A stretch of DNA of 62,690 nt, filler included, from Choristocarpus tenellus KU-1152 (lineage: Eukaryota; Protista; Phaeophyceae), in NCBI GenBank assembly GCA_964200185.2. It is 12 parts of 12 records of this genome, joined end to end, with 100 filler letters (N's around TTAATTAATTAA, not from the genome) between each part and the next. Parts side by side here need not be neighbours in the genome. Positions count along the whole stretch, not along the records: positions 46,564 to 50,910 come from CAXNAD020014991.1; positions 51,011 to 53,825 come from CAXNAD020024514.1; positions 53,926 to 57,477 come from CAXNAD020019311.1; positions 57,578 to 62,690 come from CAXNAD020011828.1; 8 more parts are not named here. One strand, written 5' to 3'. Of the stretch, positions 50,076 to 62,690 are shown one piece after another; the first letter of the stretch is position 1; each line of letters begins with the position of its first letter. The translations under genes were made by a program, and so were the position numbers. The notes beneath the pieces were generated by a model. That model saw only the letters and a list, made by a program, of their open reading frames with translations, ran no database searches and had not been told where the DNA came from.

Positions 50076-51298
50076 AATGTCTTCCTCATTTACGACTACT
50101 ACTTGTTTAGGGGATATTCTGACATTTACATTTTTGTTTTTCCCTCTGACACACTTCCAAAACGTCAAAGGGCATAATAATATAGTAATCTGTAGTACTT
50201 TGTTTCATGCTTGTATCAGCACACATAACATAAGTACAACACTAGTTACTGTGACATCCCTCCTTTCCTAAAAAGCTGTAAGTATAATTCCGTACTCAAT
50301 ATTCTACTACATAGCATACACCACTATCGTAACACTAGTGGGTACCACTTGTAAGAAACTAGCTTTATAATTACTATTTCTACTTGATACCATGAATTGA
50401 ACATCATTGCAGAACGTTTTTAGTGATTACAGTGTTGGCAGTCTCCTACATCAACTTTGTCGTGCCATAACTTTTGATCAACAACATTTTTTTCATGAAA
50501 ATTCGTTTGTTGTAATCGCATTAGCATGCTTAAGCTCATTTGATGGGTCTCGGTTGGTCAATTTACAGTAATCGTGAGAAATACAGGACCATACTTAAAT
50601 AAAGTAGTCTGCGCGCACAGTTCACGCGAACCGCTCATCCATCGATGATTTGAACTTATGATTAGGTCATCTTCACCCGGAGAACATGGACGTTGTTGTC
50701 TCTCCATTCTCTTTCCATTAATTCCCGTTTATGCGATGTTGTTACCTGCTGGCTAAGGCTCGCTCATGGGGGCCCGGGCCTCTGAACCAGACAATCCATG
50801 CCAAGTCAAATGAGGTATTCTGAAGGTGCGGGCCTCCTTTGAGACTTGAATGTCTTGTACACCCTGTCCAATTTGGTGCACTCCATGCCTTTCTCGTTGG
50901 AATATATCAGNNNNNNNNNNNNNNNNNNNNNNNNNNNNNNNNNNNNNNNNNNNNTTAATTAATTAANNNNNNNNNNNNNNNNNNNNNNNNNNNNNNNNNN
51001 NNNNNNNNNNATCGTTATTACCACGCCAACAGGGTATGTATGAGTGGGGGGGGGGGGGTTCAGGCAACACTGTCGATAAAACAAACAAGGACGCTTTTTA
51101 TTGTTCGTCTGTGGTTAACCACACATACATACTACATGGTCACCCGAAAATCAATAAGTTGATTGACAGGGTTCCTAAACGCGGGATAACTATCTTGACT
51201 TAGGTTGAACAGGACATAGAGAGATTTCACAACAGCTGTAACCCAACTAGAGGAGGAGTAGAGCGCCACCATCCCACTAACGTTGACAACTCCCTAAC

Positions 51299-52198
51299 CT
51301 TTTAGTACATTTTGCGGATCTCTGCTAGTGACACTTCTTTTTTCTTCGTCTGTCGCTTGATAGCTTCTTCGAGCTTGTGCTGAAAATATACCTTATCGTA
51401 CAGCGTGCGCTCAACCACACTCTCGGTCACGTCGTTGAATGCTATAAGCGAGGTAGTGCAGTGGGCGAATGGGACAAGGGGTAGGTGGGAAGCGGTCGCG
51501 GGACACATGCGGCAGGCAGTAGTGAGCAACATGTTGCTGTTGACAGAAAGACCACGAGGGATAAAAAAGATCAACAACGAAAAAATCATCATTGGGCTGA
51601 CTGATGATGAACCAAACAAAGGAAACTCGGCAACAACTTGGTAGATCAGAAGAGTCATCAGGCGATCATGCAACAACGACAACACTCAACTTACTTTGTT
51701 GCTTAGTTGATTGGAAGAGTCAGGCGACCATGGAACAACGACAACACTCCATCACCCACGGTTGGCAATTAGCCTCTCTTCTGCTTTGTTGAACTCCACG
51801 TAGACCTGTATCATGAAAGTGCGTTCGTGCTCAAACTCTCTCTTCAGCACCATTATTCTATGGTTTCCGTCCAGTGTTCGTCCTTGAATGGCAAGCGCAG
51901 TTTCGGCGGTGAGCTGGTCCCCGTTGCCTAAGCAGTCTCGTTGGATTATGACAGACGGAGCAAACTGCTCCAGCCAACCTTTCTCGTGGATAGACTTGCT
52001 GACGCGCGCAAGGCCACGCTCACTCAGGGGATGCACCATCTCCGTGCATGTGATGTTGCCGAGTTTCATCCGGTACGTGCCGAGGTAGTGATGTTCTAGG
52101 AGCGAGGACATGCCCTTCAGATTGCTGTACCACGTTCTCGATCCGTGGGCAGCGCCATCGGCGGGCGGGTGGGTTGTTGTTGAGCGAATGCTGGACAT
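51299..52198 (-). pseudogene. Spliced ParB/sulfiredoxin-like domain gene with a premature stop
   Basis: Exon 52198-51760: VHPLSERGLARVSKSIHEKGWLEQFAPSVII...TLDGNHRIMVL...EERLIAN; exon 51441-51299: FNDVTESVVERTLYDKVYF...IRKMY*K then GTTAGG donor. The SI...G...P..V...DGxHR pattern fits the ParB/Srx fold. Confidence 0.7.
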
Positions 52199-52319
52199 GG
52201 CAAAGATTGGGAGGGTGTGACGGGGATCGATAAATAACAGGTGCGCGTGGTATGTACGGAAGGGAATGAATTGAAATGAGGACCGGGAAGTGCTGCTTTC
52301 TTTCATCTAGTCAGTGGGT

Positions 52320-53690
52320 CCTCAAAACTCAGATTTCTCTTTCCCTTGACAATTGTGTTATAAAAAATATGAATTTCGAACAGCATACGATTTCATATTG
52401 AAAAGAGAGAGAGCGTAACAGTTTTTTGTGACCTTTTTGTTTCGTACGTTTCAAACGTATTGAATCAATGAAGGATCTGGTTTGTATTATTATTTGTTGA
52501 TGTAAAGATTAGAATATTATTATTATTTCGTAAAAACCCTAATGCACGTGTTTTGGGTCTTCAAGGGTTTAGGCGATCCGATCGGATCATTAAAACTCTA
52601 GATCCGCTTTTTGTTGTCTCTAGTATTTTTGAGAATATTAAAGTCGCCGAAAAGCGGTTTTAATATTTATATATATTGTAGGGTACTATGCAAAAGAGAA
52701 GTTCTCTTCCAATAGAGTCTTTGCTTTAAGTGGTATGGATTTATTTATTAGCGGAGTGAGCACAGCCCTTGATGGTGGGGTGCTCTTACTTATATTATTA
52801 TCTATTACGCACGTCATCAGACACGTCAACATGTGTCTGTGTCAGTCGCACTACGTCAGCCACTTGTATAGAACTAAATAAGAAATCAATCCATCGAGAG
52901 TCGAACCTACGACTGGAAGCACACCAAATCACACCTTTAATCCTTACTCTACTCAGTCAACACTTATATTGTAGTCCACTGTTCACTAAATATATAACTC
53001 CTTATAGACTGCCTAGCCTATATTGCACTGGTACCAGTTGAAAGTGATCTTTTAGTTTCTGAAAATTGGAAACGTGTGAGATCCATAAAGTGCTTGCTTT
53101 GTATTTTCAAAAATTGTAAGAACGATTATTAATAGATTTACTATTTCTAAAAATCCTAGTGCAAGTGTTTTGGGTGTTCAAGGGTTTAGGCGATCCGATT
53201 GGATCACCGAAACTCAAGAATCGCTTTTTGTTGTCTCTAGTATTTTTAAGAATGCAAATGTCCTACAATTTAAGATTTTGTACCTAAAACAATTAGAGGG
53301 TGCAAGTTTTTTTTTTGATCTTTTGGTTTCCAAACATTGGAAACATACAAGATCAATTACGTATGTGCTTTGCATTAAAAAACATTGTAAGTATGGATAT
53401 AATCGGATTTGCAACTTCCAAAAACCGTAATGCACAGATTTTCCGGATCATGGATCTCAGGGTGGTCCCATGGATCGCCCAGAGCTCAAACAAAGTTGGT
53501 TTCAGAACATTGGAAACGTACAAGATCAATTAAGTATGTGCTTCGTATTAAGAAAAATTGTAAGTACGGATATAATCGGATTTACAACTTCCGAAAACCA
53601 TAATGCACGTATTTTCCAGATCTTCGATCTCAGGGTGGTCCCACGGATCGCCCGGAGCTCAAACAAAATTCATACGCCCGCCTTCGAATG
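52320..53690. repeat. GATC-rich imperfect tandem array (~173-bp period) with 14-bp palindromes
   Basis: Units 53325-53497 and 53498-53670 are near-identical, with diverged units at 52430-52630 and 53050-53250; GATCCGATCGGATC at 52575-52588, one-mismatch copy at 53192-53205. Confidence 0.85.
52886..52963 (-). other. tRNA-like (A/B box) sequence, possible SINE head or tRNA pseudogene
   Basis: Minus strand reads TTGACTGAGTAGAGTAAGG...GTAGGTTCGACTCTCG (A-box-like plus GGTTCGANTC B-box); no clean cloverleaf. Confidence 0.3.
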
Positions 53691-54331
53691 TAATCACTCC
53701 TAGACCTTCTCACTGCCCAAGATCACCTGTTGCCCGAAAACACCATGACAGTTGCTTCCACAGCAAGGGGGTGGCTTTTGTCGCCTGCGTCGCCCCCTGT
53801 GTTGCCCCCTCACCAGCCCGCCAACNNNNNNNNNNNNNNNNNNNNNNNNNNNNNNNNNNNNNNNNNNNNTTAATTAATTAANNNNNNNNNNNNNNNNNNN
53901 NNNNNNNNNNNNNNNNNNNNNNNNNGGATAATGTAAACGCACTTTTCCTGATTTTGGGCGAAATGGCCACCCTGGTGTAGACCGACCCCCCCTCCCCCCC
54001 CAGATACTTTGGGTGTCTATTACGTTGGAGGAACTACCAAAGTAGACAGGCAGACCCTATTATACACGCATTCGCTACTGCAGAAAGTTGATGAGCGTAT
54101 ATGAGTAAGTGTGGTCATGTCTTTGAATCTAAAACCTAACAACTCGAAAAATATATATCTAGAAGCAGGTGAAATGCTCAACCAACCATAAACGAATATC
54201 GAAAGCTCGAACTCGAGAGAAGACCTCTAAGAAGACGCGCATACAGAGTACTACTTACTACGAGTGAGTGCCACTTACTCCGATGGCAGCTAGACACGAT
54301 CGATAACGAAGTGATTTTCCTGTCCTACACC

Positions 54332-55401
54332 CTAAGAGGCACCCTTCTTCCACCAAGGGGCCTCTCCAGTGCGGAAATCGACCTCCTCGTCCCATTCACG
54401 GAGTACAATCCTCCCATCTTCCTCCTCGACACGGGAAAGGGCTAGCGGCCGTGGAGCTGGCCCGCGGAGTACAGCCCCTTCAGGATTGTAGTGAGAGTTG
54501 TGACAAGGGCAGATGAACTTGTTTTCTGCAGGTACCCAGGGTACCTGGCGATGTAACCAGGAAAAGTGCGTGGTTTGGTTCGTTGTCTATTAGTAATATT
54601 ATTGTATTATGGATAAGTATCATTGTATTGAAAGTATTACAACGTAGTATGAACGATTGTCAGCCTTAGCATGTTTCCAGTCCCGCTTGAGAATTACAAC
54701 AGGGGCAAGCAATAGCCCTGCCAGTGAGATTCTCCGTAAACCCGAAGGAGGCAAGAATTCATTACGTTGTCTGTCCTACTCAAAATATTGCTGCGAACCA
54801 CTCACCACACAGCCAAGGTGCGTGCATATTGCGTTTAAGCTGAAATCTTTGATATTTCCCTCTTCCATCACGATCAGATATGTGGGATCGCCATCAAGCC
54901 CCTCCACCAGCTCCCTAGACCCCGGGAAGTGCGTCGAAATAAATTCCTTCGTTTGAATAGTGCGACCAAGCCCATCCTTTGCAAACGTCCTCGACATTTT
55001 CTTCCCTCCTCCAGGGGGCATGAAGAAGCTAAGATCTGGCCGGGTAATCAACAAAAGCGGGATATATCAGCGAAACAGTGCGTGCGAGAGGTCTAAGCCT
55101 AAGATATCTCCGGGCACTGTCTGAGATCTGAGCAGCAACCCGTTCCACACTCACATGGGACAGCAAGCCCGAGCGTGGTTACGCCAGCAGAGGTTGCGAG
55201 GATGGAATTCAACAGCTCCCGCCTGTTCAAAGGATCGCCATCCTTCCACAATTGTGATGCCATTCTCGATTGTAACGCAAATGCTACAGGAATTTTATTG
55301 ATCATTAGTGCCTCACTGGTGGGCCGATTGGGTAGCACGAAGGCCATGCAATATTGGCAGGCGAGCATATAGCATACCGTCAACAGATTTGGCATCCTCA
55401 T
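54332..55401 (-). CDS. petC: Cytochrome b6f Rieske iron-sulfur subunit (plastid-targeted), 3 exons: 55401-55155, 55035-54806, 54544-54332
   Basis: Signal peptide ending CMA|FVLP, NRRELLN Tat-like motif, TM helix, [47 protein letters not shown]...[18 protein letters not shown]; canonical GT-AG introns, complete frame. Confidence 0.93.
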
Positions 55402-58286
55402 TCTTGATGTGCCTCCTGATTGGGACTTCGTTGCAAAAAGCGTTCACTTAGTAGAAGCGGCAGCCAAACAACTACAGCACTGTAGTCTTAGTAGATGGAG
55501 AATAGTGGCAAAGTGAGGGAAAGTGTAAGTGTATCTTATGAGGACTTTGTGGTGTGGACGTAACTGCGAAAAGAGCGAGGTAGTTAGAGTAGCCAATGTG
55601 TCTTGAGTCTGGGAAAAAAAAAAAGTAATGACGGAGCCAGTACCAGAATTAGTTTTTAAAAGTCAGTACTGAAAAAAAATAACTTCTTTGGTTTGGTGGT
55701 GTTTCACTATCCAAAACTGAACTGTCGGGAGGGTAAGAAGTTTGTCGTTCTTTGATTTCTTCCAACAAAGTTGGAGGATGACATGATAATATACCACGTA
55801 TATAGTATTTATTACGTGAATGAACCATATAATCATAAGCTGTTAGCATAACCTGAAGGTATGGAAACGATTTTTTCTTTAAAATGAAGGTTACGATGTA
55901 CTACTGGTAAGAATATGCAAGCACAAACACGATGCATGTATAATGGTGTTGTTGTTTTGTTAAATTGAAGGATCCCACACGTTTGTGACGATGAATAACA
56001 GGTGAATTACGTAAATTTGTAACATAATTTTTGTTGCTATCACTAGATGTGAATCGTGGTTGTTTGTAGGTAATATCAGACCCCACCTTCCCGTATAACT
56101 GTTTTAGTCAAGACTATTTTACCTAGCATCATTTGGGTGACGGTTGGCCCAAAACAATGTTCCTATTTTTGATATCTACAAAGAAGACCCTGGTCTGTTA
56201 GGCCTTCGTTAGTATAGAATCCCGTGCCAGGCACATCATACGTTGAAGGGGCATACAGACCTCACGGTTTCATATGCTTGATTATCGATATCGTGTCCTC
56301 CTGCACAACAAGTAGGCACAGACGCCCCCTATCCCTTTCTCCCTGACGCTGCTGAAGTATCGTGGCTGCTATCTGATGGAGTTTCTCGAATTTCCCGCTC
56401 GTCATAGCTCCCCTCTTTGCCTTTACCCCTCAAGCTTCTGGAGCACTGTTGCTGCCACCTGTGATATCTTCTCCTCCTCTCCGCCCCCTGTACAGCCTCC
56501 TGGGTTTTACGCAGGCACACGCCCCAGTTGTTTCCTTCCTTCAGCACTATGGGTACAATTTGGTTGAGCTTCCCTTTTCCTTTCTCCACCAGAACAGCCA
56601 AACCCCCGTTACCAAGGTGCAGCTGCATGTAAGAGGCCTGCAGTTCCCCATCCTGACCCTCGAAGTTTATTTGTAGCACATTATGACCGTTGCAAAATAA
56701 AAACACAGTGCTCAGCAGGATCATCGCTCAACAGGATAATTATCGCAACATGTTTGTCGGGTGCATGGAATTCTACATATCGGAGAAATTATGTAGAGGT
56801 TGAGTAAACTAATTATTGCAAAGTGAGGTGATCACACTCTTACTGTTGTCCTCCTACTCTGATTGTGTTGATTAGAGTACGAATGCTGGCTCTCTCACCA
56901 ATACATTTTATGCGTCGGAAGCTTTAATGAAGAAAAATTAATTTTCTCATGCGCCTACAAAGACCTTCAATGGCACCCTGACGTTGTTCATGTCAAGGAG
57001 AAGGAATTAGGTCGAAGAAGTACTTTTTTTGTCGTTGGGACGTCGATACTATAACACTGGGAACAATGAGACTAACAAGGCAGCAAACGTTACAACTGCA
57101 CTCACATATTTGTCGTTGAGGATTGTGAGTGCATCCCAAGCCAAATATTTGGGAGGGATACTCGCCTGTCCAGCCCATAGCCCCTACCCAGTGTGTACCG
57201 CTGGATGCTCAGGTAAAAGTCAATTGTGTCACATAGACTTTGGATCAACATAACTAGATGACCCCAATGGCATTGAAGGAATTGGATCCTGTAAAACAAC
57301 TAGAGAATGTTACCATTGAACCAGCGAGTTGCAAGTTGCAAGGACTCTCCATTGGAATGCGCACATTAAAATACACACCTGAGGCTTAAGTATCTGGAGG
57401 GGGGGGGGGGGGGGGGGGGGTTCAAAGGGGGTGGTCTTTTGGGGGGGGGGGGGGGGGGGGGGGGAGGGAGGGAGGTTNNNNNNNNNNNNNNNNNNNNNNN
57501 NNNNNNNNNNNNNNNNNNNNNTTAATTAATTAANNNNNNNNNNNNNNNNNNNNNNNNNNNNNNNNNNNNNNNNNNNNGGGTGTGTGTGTGTACTGTAGAG
57601 AGCATAGTTTGCATGCCTTGGACAACACAGCACTCAACACTGTGTAGGTTGTATCTGTACACTGGAGATGGAAACGTAGTAACACTGTACTATCAGTAAC
57701 ACTGGAGTCCTAAATATATACAACAGTTTGTAATGGTCTTAAAACTCTAGTCCAAAACATGCATAACATACAGTGAAATAGTTAAACACAGAGGGTTATG
57801 AAAGTGTGTTATTGTCCAAGGTGTGATAATCTGACTAATGTAGAGTATTTTTGAGGAAATGGTTAGGGTTAGGGTTAGGATTAGGGCCGGTCGTATCATC
57901 AATTTTGTATCTCTCACAGAAGATGTGCTATGTTTGAGCCTTTTTCCAATTGAGCTATTTTGAATTAATGATTTATACAGTACAACAATATATATTTTTT
58001 AATGTACTATTGTTCGATCAAGAGATGTATAATATTTAGGTTTAAGAGCAATGGAAGCTTTACTTTTATACTTTACTTTCCATGCTTTACTCTCATACTT
58101 TTCTCTTACAATTTACTTTCATAATTTGCTGTCACACTCCGCTAACAGCAGGCAGTATGCTCTCCTGCGCTTATGGAGGCAATCCCATAACACCATATCT
58201 ATGTCTGTCTTACTGCTATGCACCTCAAGATCGTAGATTTCCCCTTCCTCCCTACTCCCTTCACCCCCCCCTGCCTAATTCAACAG

Positions 58287-61200
58287 CCGTTCCAGCACCA
58301 TCTGTGATGTCATCAGTGTATTTGGGGCGGGAGGAAACAAGCGCACCATTGTATTCTGTAGCACCAAGAAGGACTGCAATGAGCTTGTGACAGATCCCAA
58401 GGTAACTGTTCTGGAAATAATTCTTCTGATGGACCTTTTATTCAAGATAGTAGATGGGACCGCGGGTGTGCTGCAACCAGTAATAATAATTATAAAGTGA
58501 ACAAGAAGGTCAACTGCAAATAGAATTGGTACTGTTCCATTTTTTTTTTTCCTCGGTCTTTTGGTTTGATCGGTGATCGGCTGCACATTCATTACACATT
58601 ACAGATGAAACTGTATTGATAAGACTCTTGAGAAGTCATGCATTTGGTGTGTGTATGTATATTCCTGAAAATAATTTGTCGTATAGGCTGTGCCATCAGC
58701 GGCAAACCTCACGTTGTTTTACTTTCCCCTTTTATCTCCCCGCGTTAATGCTACGTCTTGCAACGGAGTTATGTTTTGTGGGTTGTGGAAATGAGGAAGG
58801 CTATAATACACTATATATGGGTTTCTTTACTGGGTCCTTCACGTGTTTTTGCTTCCAATATCCTGTGAACGCCTTCCTTGTGTTCATAACCCACATTTAT
58901 ATTTTTTCAATGCGTGGGTGTAGTGGGTGCAATCTCTGATTTTGTGATGGAAGAACAAGCCCAATCAGCTCGTGTGCGTTTGCGTGTATAGATCAGGCCG
59001 GCCATGAAAATGAATCTATGTGACACCCGGGTCTCAATCCAAAAAAGTATTTTTGAGTGGGGTTATTGTGGTGTGGAAGATCTATACATCAACATAGAGC
59101 TAGCTTCCTGTTTTATTTTATTTTTTCTACACCTGCAACGCTTCCTTAGTTTAGTCTGCTGATGCCTCCCTTGTTTTGTGGACAGGTGACATATGAGTGC
59201 CAGGCGCTCCACGGTGACATCACACAGGCGAATCGAGAGGTGACTCTGGCTGCATTCAAGAAAGGGTCTTTCAAGGTAGGTGCTGTGATATATACCCCAA
59301 ATTCAACTGATTCAACTCCTTCCACTTCAAAGTGAGAGTTTATGAAATAATCTGAGTTTGAGTTTTGTGGGCGGAAGAATACTGGCAAGCAAGGATTAAG
59401 CAAATAATAATAATAATCGAGAATTCGTCAGCAAAACAAAGAATTGATCGTGTAGGTTGATGGGAAGGAAGAAGGAAGAAGGCCCTCCTTTGGATGCATG
59501 ACATTATCCACTCTTTTTAGTCTCATTTTTCCCTCTGTGTATATTGATTGCAATTTGTCTAGAGGTGGGGTTGTTTTCTTCATCCCTCTGCTCTGTGGTG
59601 CTCTGTGCCGATGTTGCTTTGGATGGTTCCTCCTCCATTCTCCACCCCCCCTACCCCCACCCCCACCCCCAAATCTATTTTAAGCCTTTGAACTCCTTTC
59701 ACCCCAGGTCCTGGTTGCAACAGATGTTGCCGCACGAGGCCTAGATATGGTGGTAGATCTTGTTCTCAATTCAGAACCTCCCTCTCATAAAAGTGGACGG
59801 GCAGATACGGAGGCGTACGTTCACCGCTCAGGACGTACTGGGAGGGCAGGTCGCAAAGGCGTGTGTGTGACTCTCTATACTCAAAGGCAGAGGGGTGGAC
59901 TTGCAGATATTGGTGAGTGTAGGATGTTGGATGATGTTAGTTGTTGGTGGACCCTAATGTGTGTGCTGGGGTAGACACGTTCTCGCAGTGGTCAATTCAT
60001 CCCAAGTAACATGTATTGTTGGAGCAGGATTTGGTTGGGTCCAGAGGTATGCGACCTTGAATCCTGGAGGTGGAGGGAAGGAGAGAGGGTGTGTGTGTGT
60101 GTGTGTGTTTGTTGTAGGTTTATTGTACAGGTATAAAAAAGGACGATGAAAGTTAGCACCAAAGGTAGGGTAGCAGTAGCAGTAGCAGCGATTGGAGCAT
60201 TCTTGGTAAAGTATTGAATGCAGATCATGTCTAAGGTGGAGGGTGAGTATTGAATTTTTTTGAAGTGAGGTAACTTGTGCTTGTTTCTGGTGAGGTCTTT
60301 GAGGTGGCATGACATGAGATAAATGAATAGTGCTGTAGGCACTGTTGCTGTAGCTGTATGTTGGCAGTTGCTGATGGAACGCAGGCGCAGGGAAGGGGAG
60401 TATGGTATGAACATGTAGTTAGAACAATTGCCTTGTCCATTCTCACACACAGCAATCAACCTCATGATATTGACCTTCCTCTGATGACCCACTGATGCAT
60501 GGTCTATTTCCTCTAAAACAAGAACGCCATATTGGAAACGACTTCGAGTGGCAGGGGGCTCCCCAGCCCGTTGACATCATCAAGTCTGCTGCAGGGTCAG
60601 CAGCTGCAGATATCAAGGCGGTGGTGGACGAAGAAGTTCTTGATCTGTACAGGGATGTGGTAGAGGAGGTGAGGCGGTGGGATGAGGGTGGAAGGAGGAG
60701 TTTGTAGAGGGTATTGCAGTGCATGTTTTGAGAGTGGTGGGTATTGGTGGATTGTTTTGAACTTGCAGGGTCATGCTGTTGCCTCTGTTGTGGAAGAGAT
60801 CATACTCTTTTTTTGATGTTTTGAGTGTTCTGGACTGGCTTTAATAAAGTCGTTCCCATTCCCTCTGATTCTGTGATGGAGTGGTACTTTGAAATTGATT
60901 GTGTTGTTGATTTGTGCTTAAGGTACTTTATTGACAAATCCGTGTGAGGAATACATTGAAATGCAGTGCTCACATTGGTCAGCGGGGGTGTGTACTAGAA
61001 GGGAAAAAATAGTACATCGTTGACTGCTGCATGTAAATGGCAACCAAATCGTTCGGGGATTGGAGACCACCTCATCTAAGGAGTAGTCTATATTGTGCTG
61101 TTGTGTAAGGTACGACGAGGGTAGAATACTGCCTGACTGCAAGACAACTGACTCAGCTTCTGACACAATTTCAAACAATGATAATTTTCTTACGGTGTGA

Positions 61201-62690
61201 AAGTGTCACATACTGGGTGCATTTTTTGTAGATAAGAACAGGTTACGGCTCGGAGCCCTTGTTTCTTACTGCACCCTTCTTCACACCAACATGCAGCATG
61301 CACAGTCAGCCCCCCTACTACCCCGCCAGCAAACCCTGCCTGTTTTCTAACCCTGCGATATTCGAGACTAACCTTACTGTCACACACATCCACCATCTTG
61401 CATACCTACAGCTGATTGCTGAGAAGGGGGCAATGGAGTCGTTGTGTGCAGCGTTGGCATGCATGACAGGCCGCACCTCCAAGATGGAGGCAAGGTCACT
61501 CCTGAGCAACTGCGAAGGGCATCACACGATAATGTTTACAAGTGACCGGCCCATTGGGTATACGGCATACTGCTGGACTGCCCTTCGCAGGGTGTTCCCC
61601 CCCGCCATCACTGAATCTATCCGTGGCATGCAGGTGGGGGTAGCGGGAACTGCAGTGGTTGAGGTGTTCAGGTTTTGACGGCAGTGACGTGAAAACTGGA
61701 TGAAATGTACAGCATCCTTTATGAAGGATGTATTAGCAAGACAGGTTGTATTTGTTGAACAAATTGTGTTGTCATCATGATGTAGTGACTAGATAACACA
61801 GACATATTTGAAAACTAGTGACATACATATTGTGTAGGTAAATTGAGGTGAGAGCTTGTAGGCATGGCAGTATTCTATAGGAATATTTGTTGTCACTGCC
61901 CTGCGGATGTCGAGAATGAACAGGTAAGCATTAAGGCCAATTTTTGTCTAGTGCGTTTGATAGGGGGGGTGATGAGGGCTCAATGTTCACATCACTAGTG
62001 CAGTAGAGTGGAACAGGTGTGGGTGTTTGCATTGAAAAGTACGGATTATCTGCTTGCCTGCATCATTCCTTTCTTGAACCCCAGCACACTTGGCAATGGA
62101 TAGAGTGAGTGATGATCATTCATCTGAAGGCATGTTCCTCCCCTCTTCCCCACTTGTGTGCGCCCCTTTCCCCCTATCCCCCCCTTCCACTGTTTTGTGT
62201 GATCAATTGCAGCTGTCGGCCGATAGCATGTCTTGCCTGTTTGATATTCCTGAGGAACACTTGGAAGTGGTGAAGGAAAAATGTGATGAGGAGGACTGGC
62301 TTGATGTTTGCACTGAGCTACCGCCTCTGAAGGTTTGTTGTTGGCTGAGTGAAAGGAAGTGTATTTCTCAGATATGTTCGAGCTGAAAGAGATGAACCCT
62401 GTGGTTGGATATATGCATATTGAATATCCACACCTCCTTTACACTCACTATTAAAAGAAGAAATTATGTTGTGTGTCTGTTCCGTTCCACTTACCCCTCT
62501 GATCCCTGACCATGTCCCTCTCATCCATATTTTTCCTATTCAGAACAATGTAGATCAAAATCAGCGCGGTATGGGTGGAGGGCGGGGTCGTGGCCGTGAT
62601 CGAGGAAGAGGTGGGGCCAGGGGGCGAGGGCGGGGGCGAGGTGGAAGTCGTGGGGGAGGAAGGGGCGATCACTGGGGCAGGGGGAGGGGG
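58287..62690 (+). CDS. DDX21: DEAD-box RNA helicase of DDX21/DDX50 (RH7) type, C-terminal part with GUCT domain and RGG tail
   Basis: Exons 58287-58401 ([14 protein letters not shown]), 59186-59275 ([12 protein letters not shown]), 59708-59912 ([24 protein letters not shown]), 60523-60668, 61412-61633 (RSLLS, GUCT-like), 62213-62332 (LFDIP), 62544-end (RG/RGG repeats). Confidence 0.92.

Noticed and set aside
53325-53670. Repeat array as a CRISPR
   Set aside because: Units are ~173-bp whole duplications without unique spacers, there are no cas genes, and the context is eukaryotic.
56329-56724. 131-aa ORF upstream of petC
   Set aside because: No recognisable domain or consistent splice partners.

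Overview
Eukaryotic, intron-rich, repeat-rich nuclear DNA, most likely from a photosynthetic stramenopile (brown alga or close relative; inferred from a bipartite-targeted nuclear petC, TTAGGG repeats and TE types). The window is not one locus. It is 12 short contigs joined by an artificial 100-nt linker (N44-TTAATTAATTAA-N44), so adjacency across linkers is meaningless. Host genes, assembled by eye from spliced exons: a signal-peptide protein, a Cys-less AhpC/TSA-like protein, a TKL protein kinase, a truncated TALE homeobox gene, a complete but divergent petC (Rieske Fe-S), and the 3' part of a DDX21/RH7-type DEAD-box helicase. Mobile DNA: decayed Ty1/copia elements with tRNA-iMet-half primer sites, a PIF/Harbinger fragment, CRE-like LINE 3' ends, an intron-rich Sola-like DDD transposase relic, and two MITE families with 4-bp TSDs sharing a CAAAGTATCT/AAAGTATCT TIR core. 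The most unusual item is a spliced ParB/Srx-like gene next to a GATC-rich, palindrome-containing ~173-bp repeat array. The same repeat family also flanks the Sola-like transposase on another contig, hinting at a composite transposon carrying a ParB-like gene (hypothesis). All family assignments come from motif recognition; no database searches were run.
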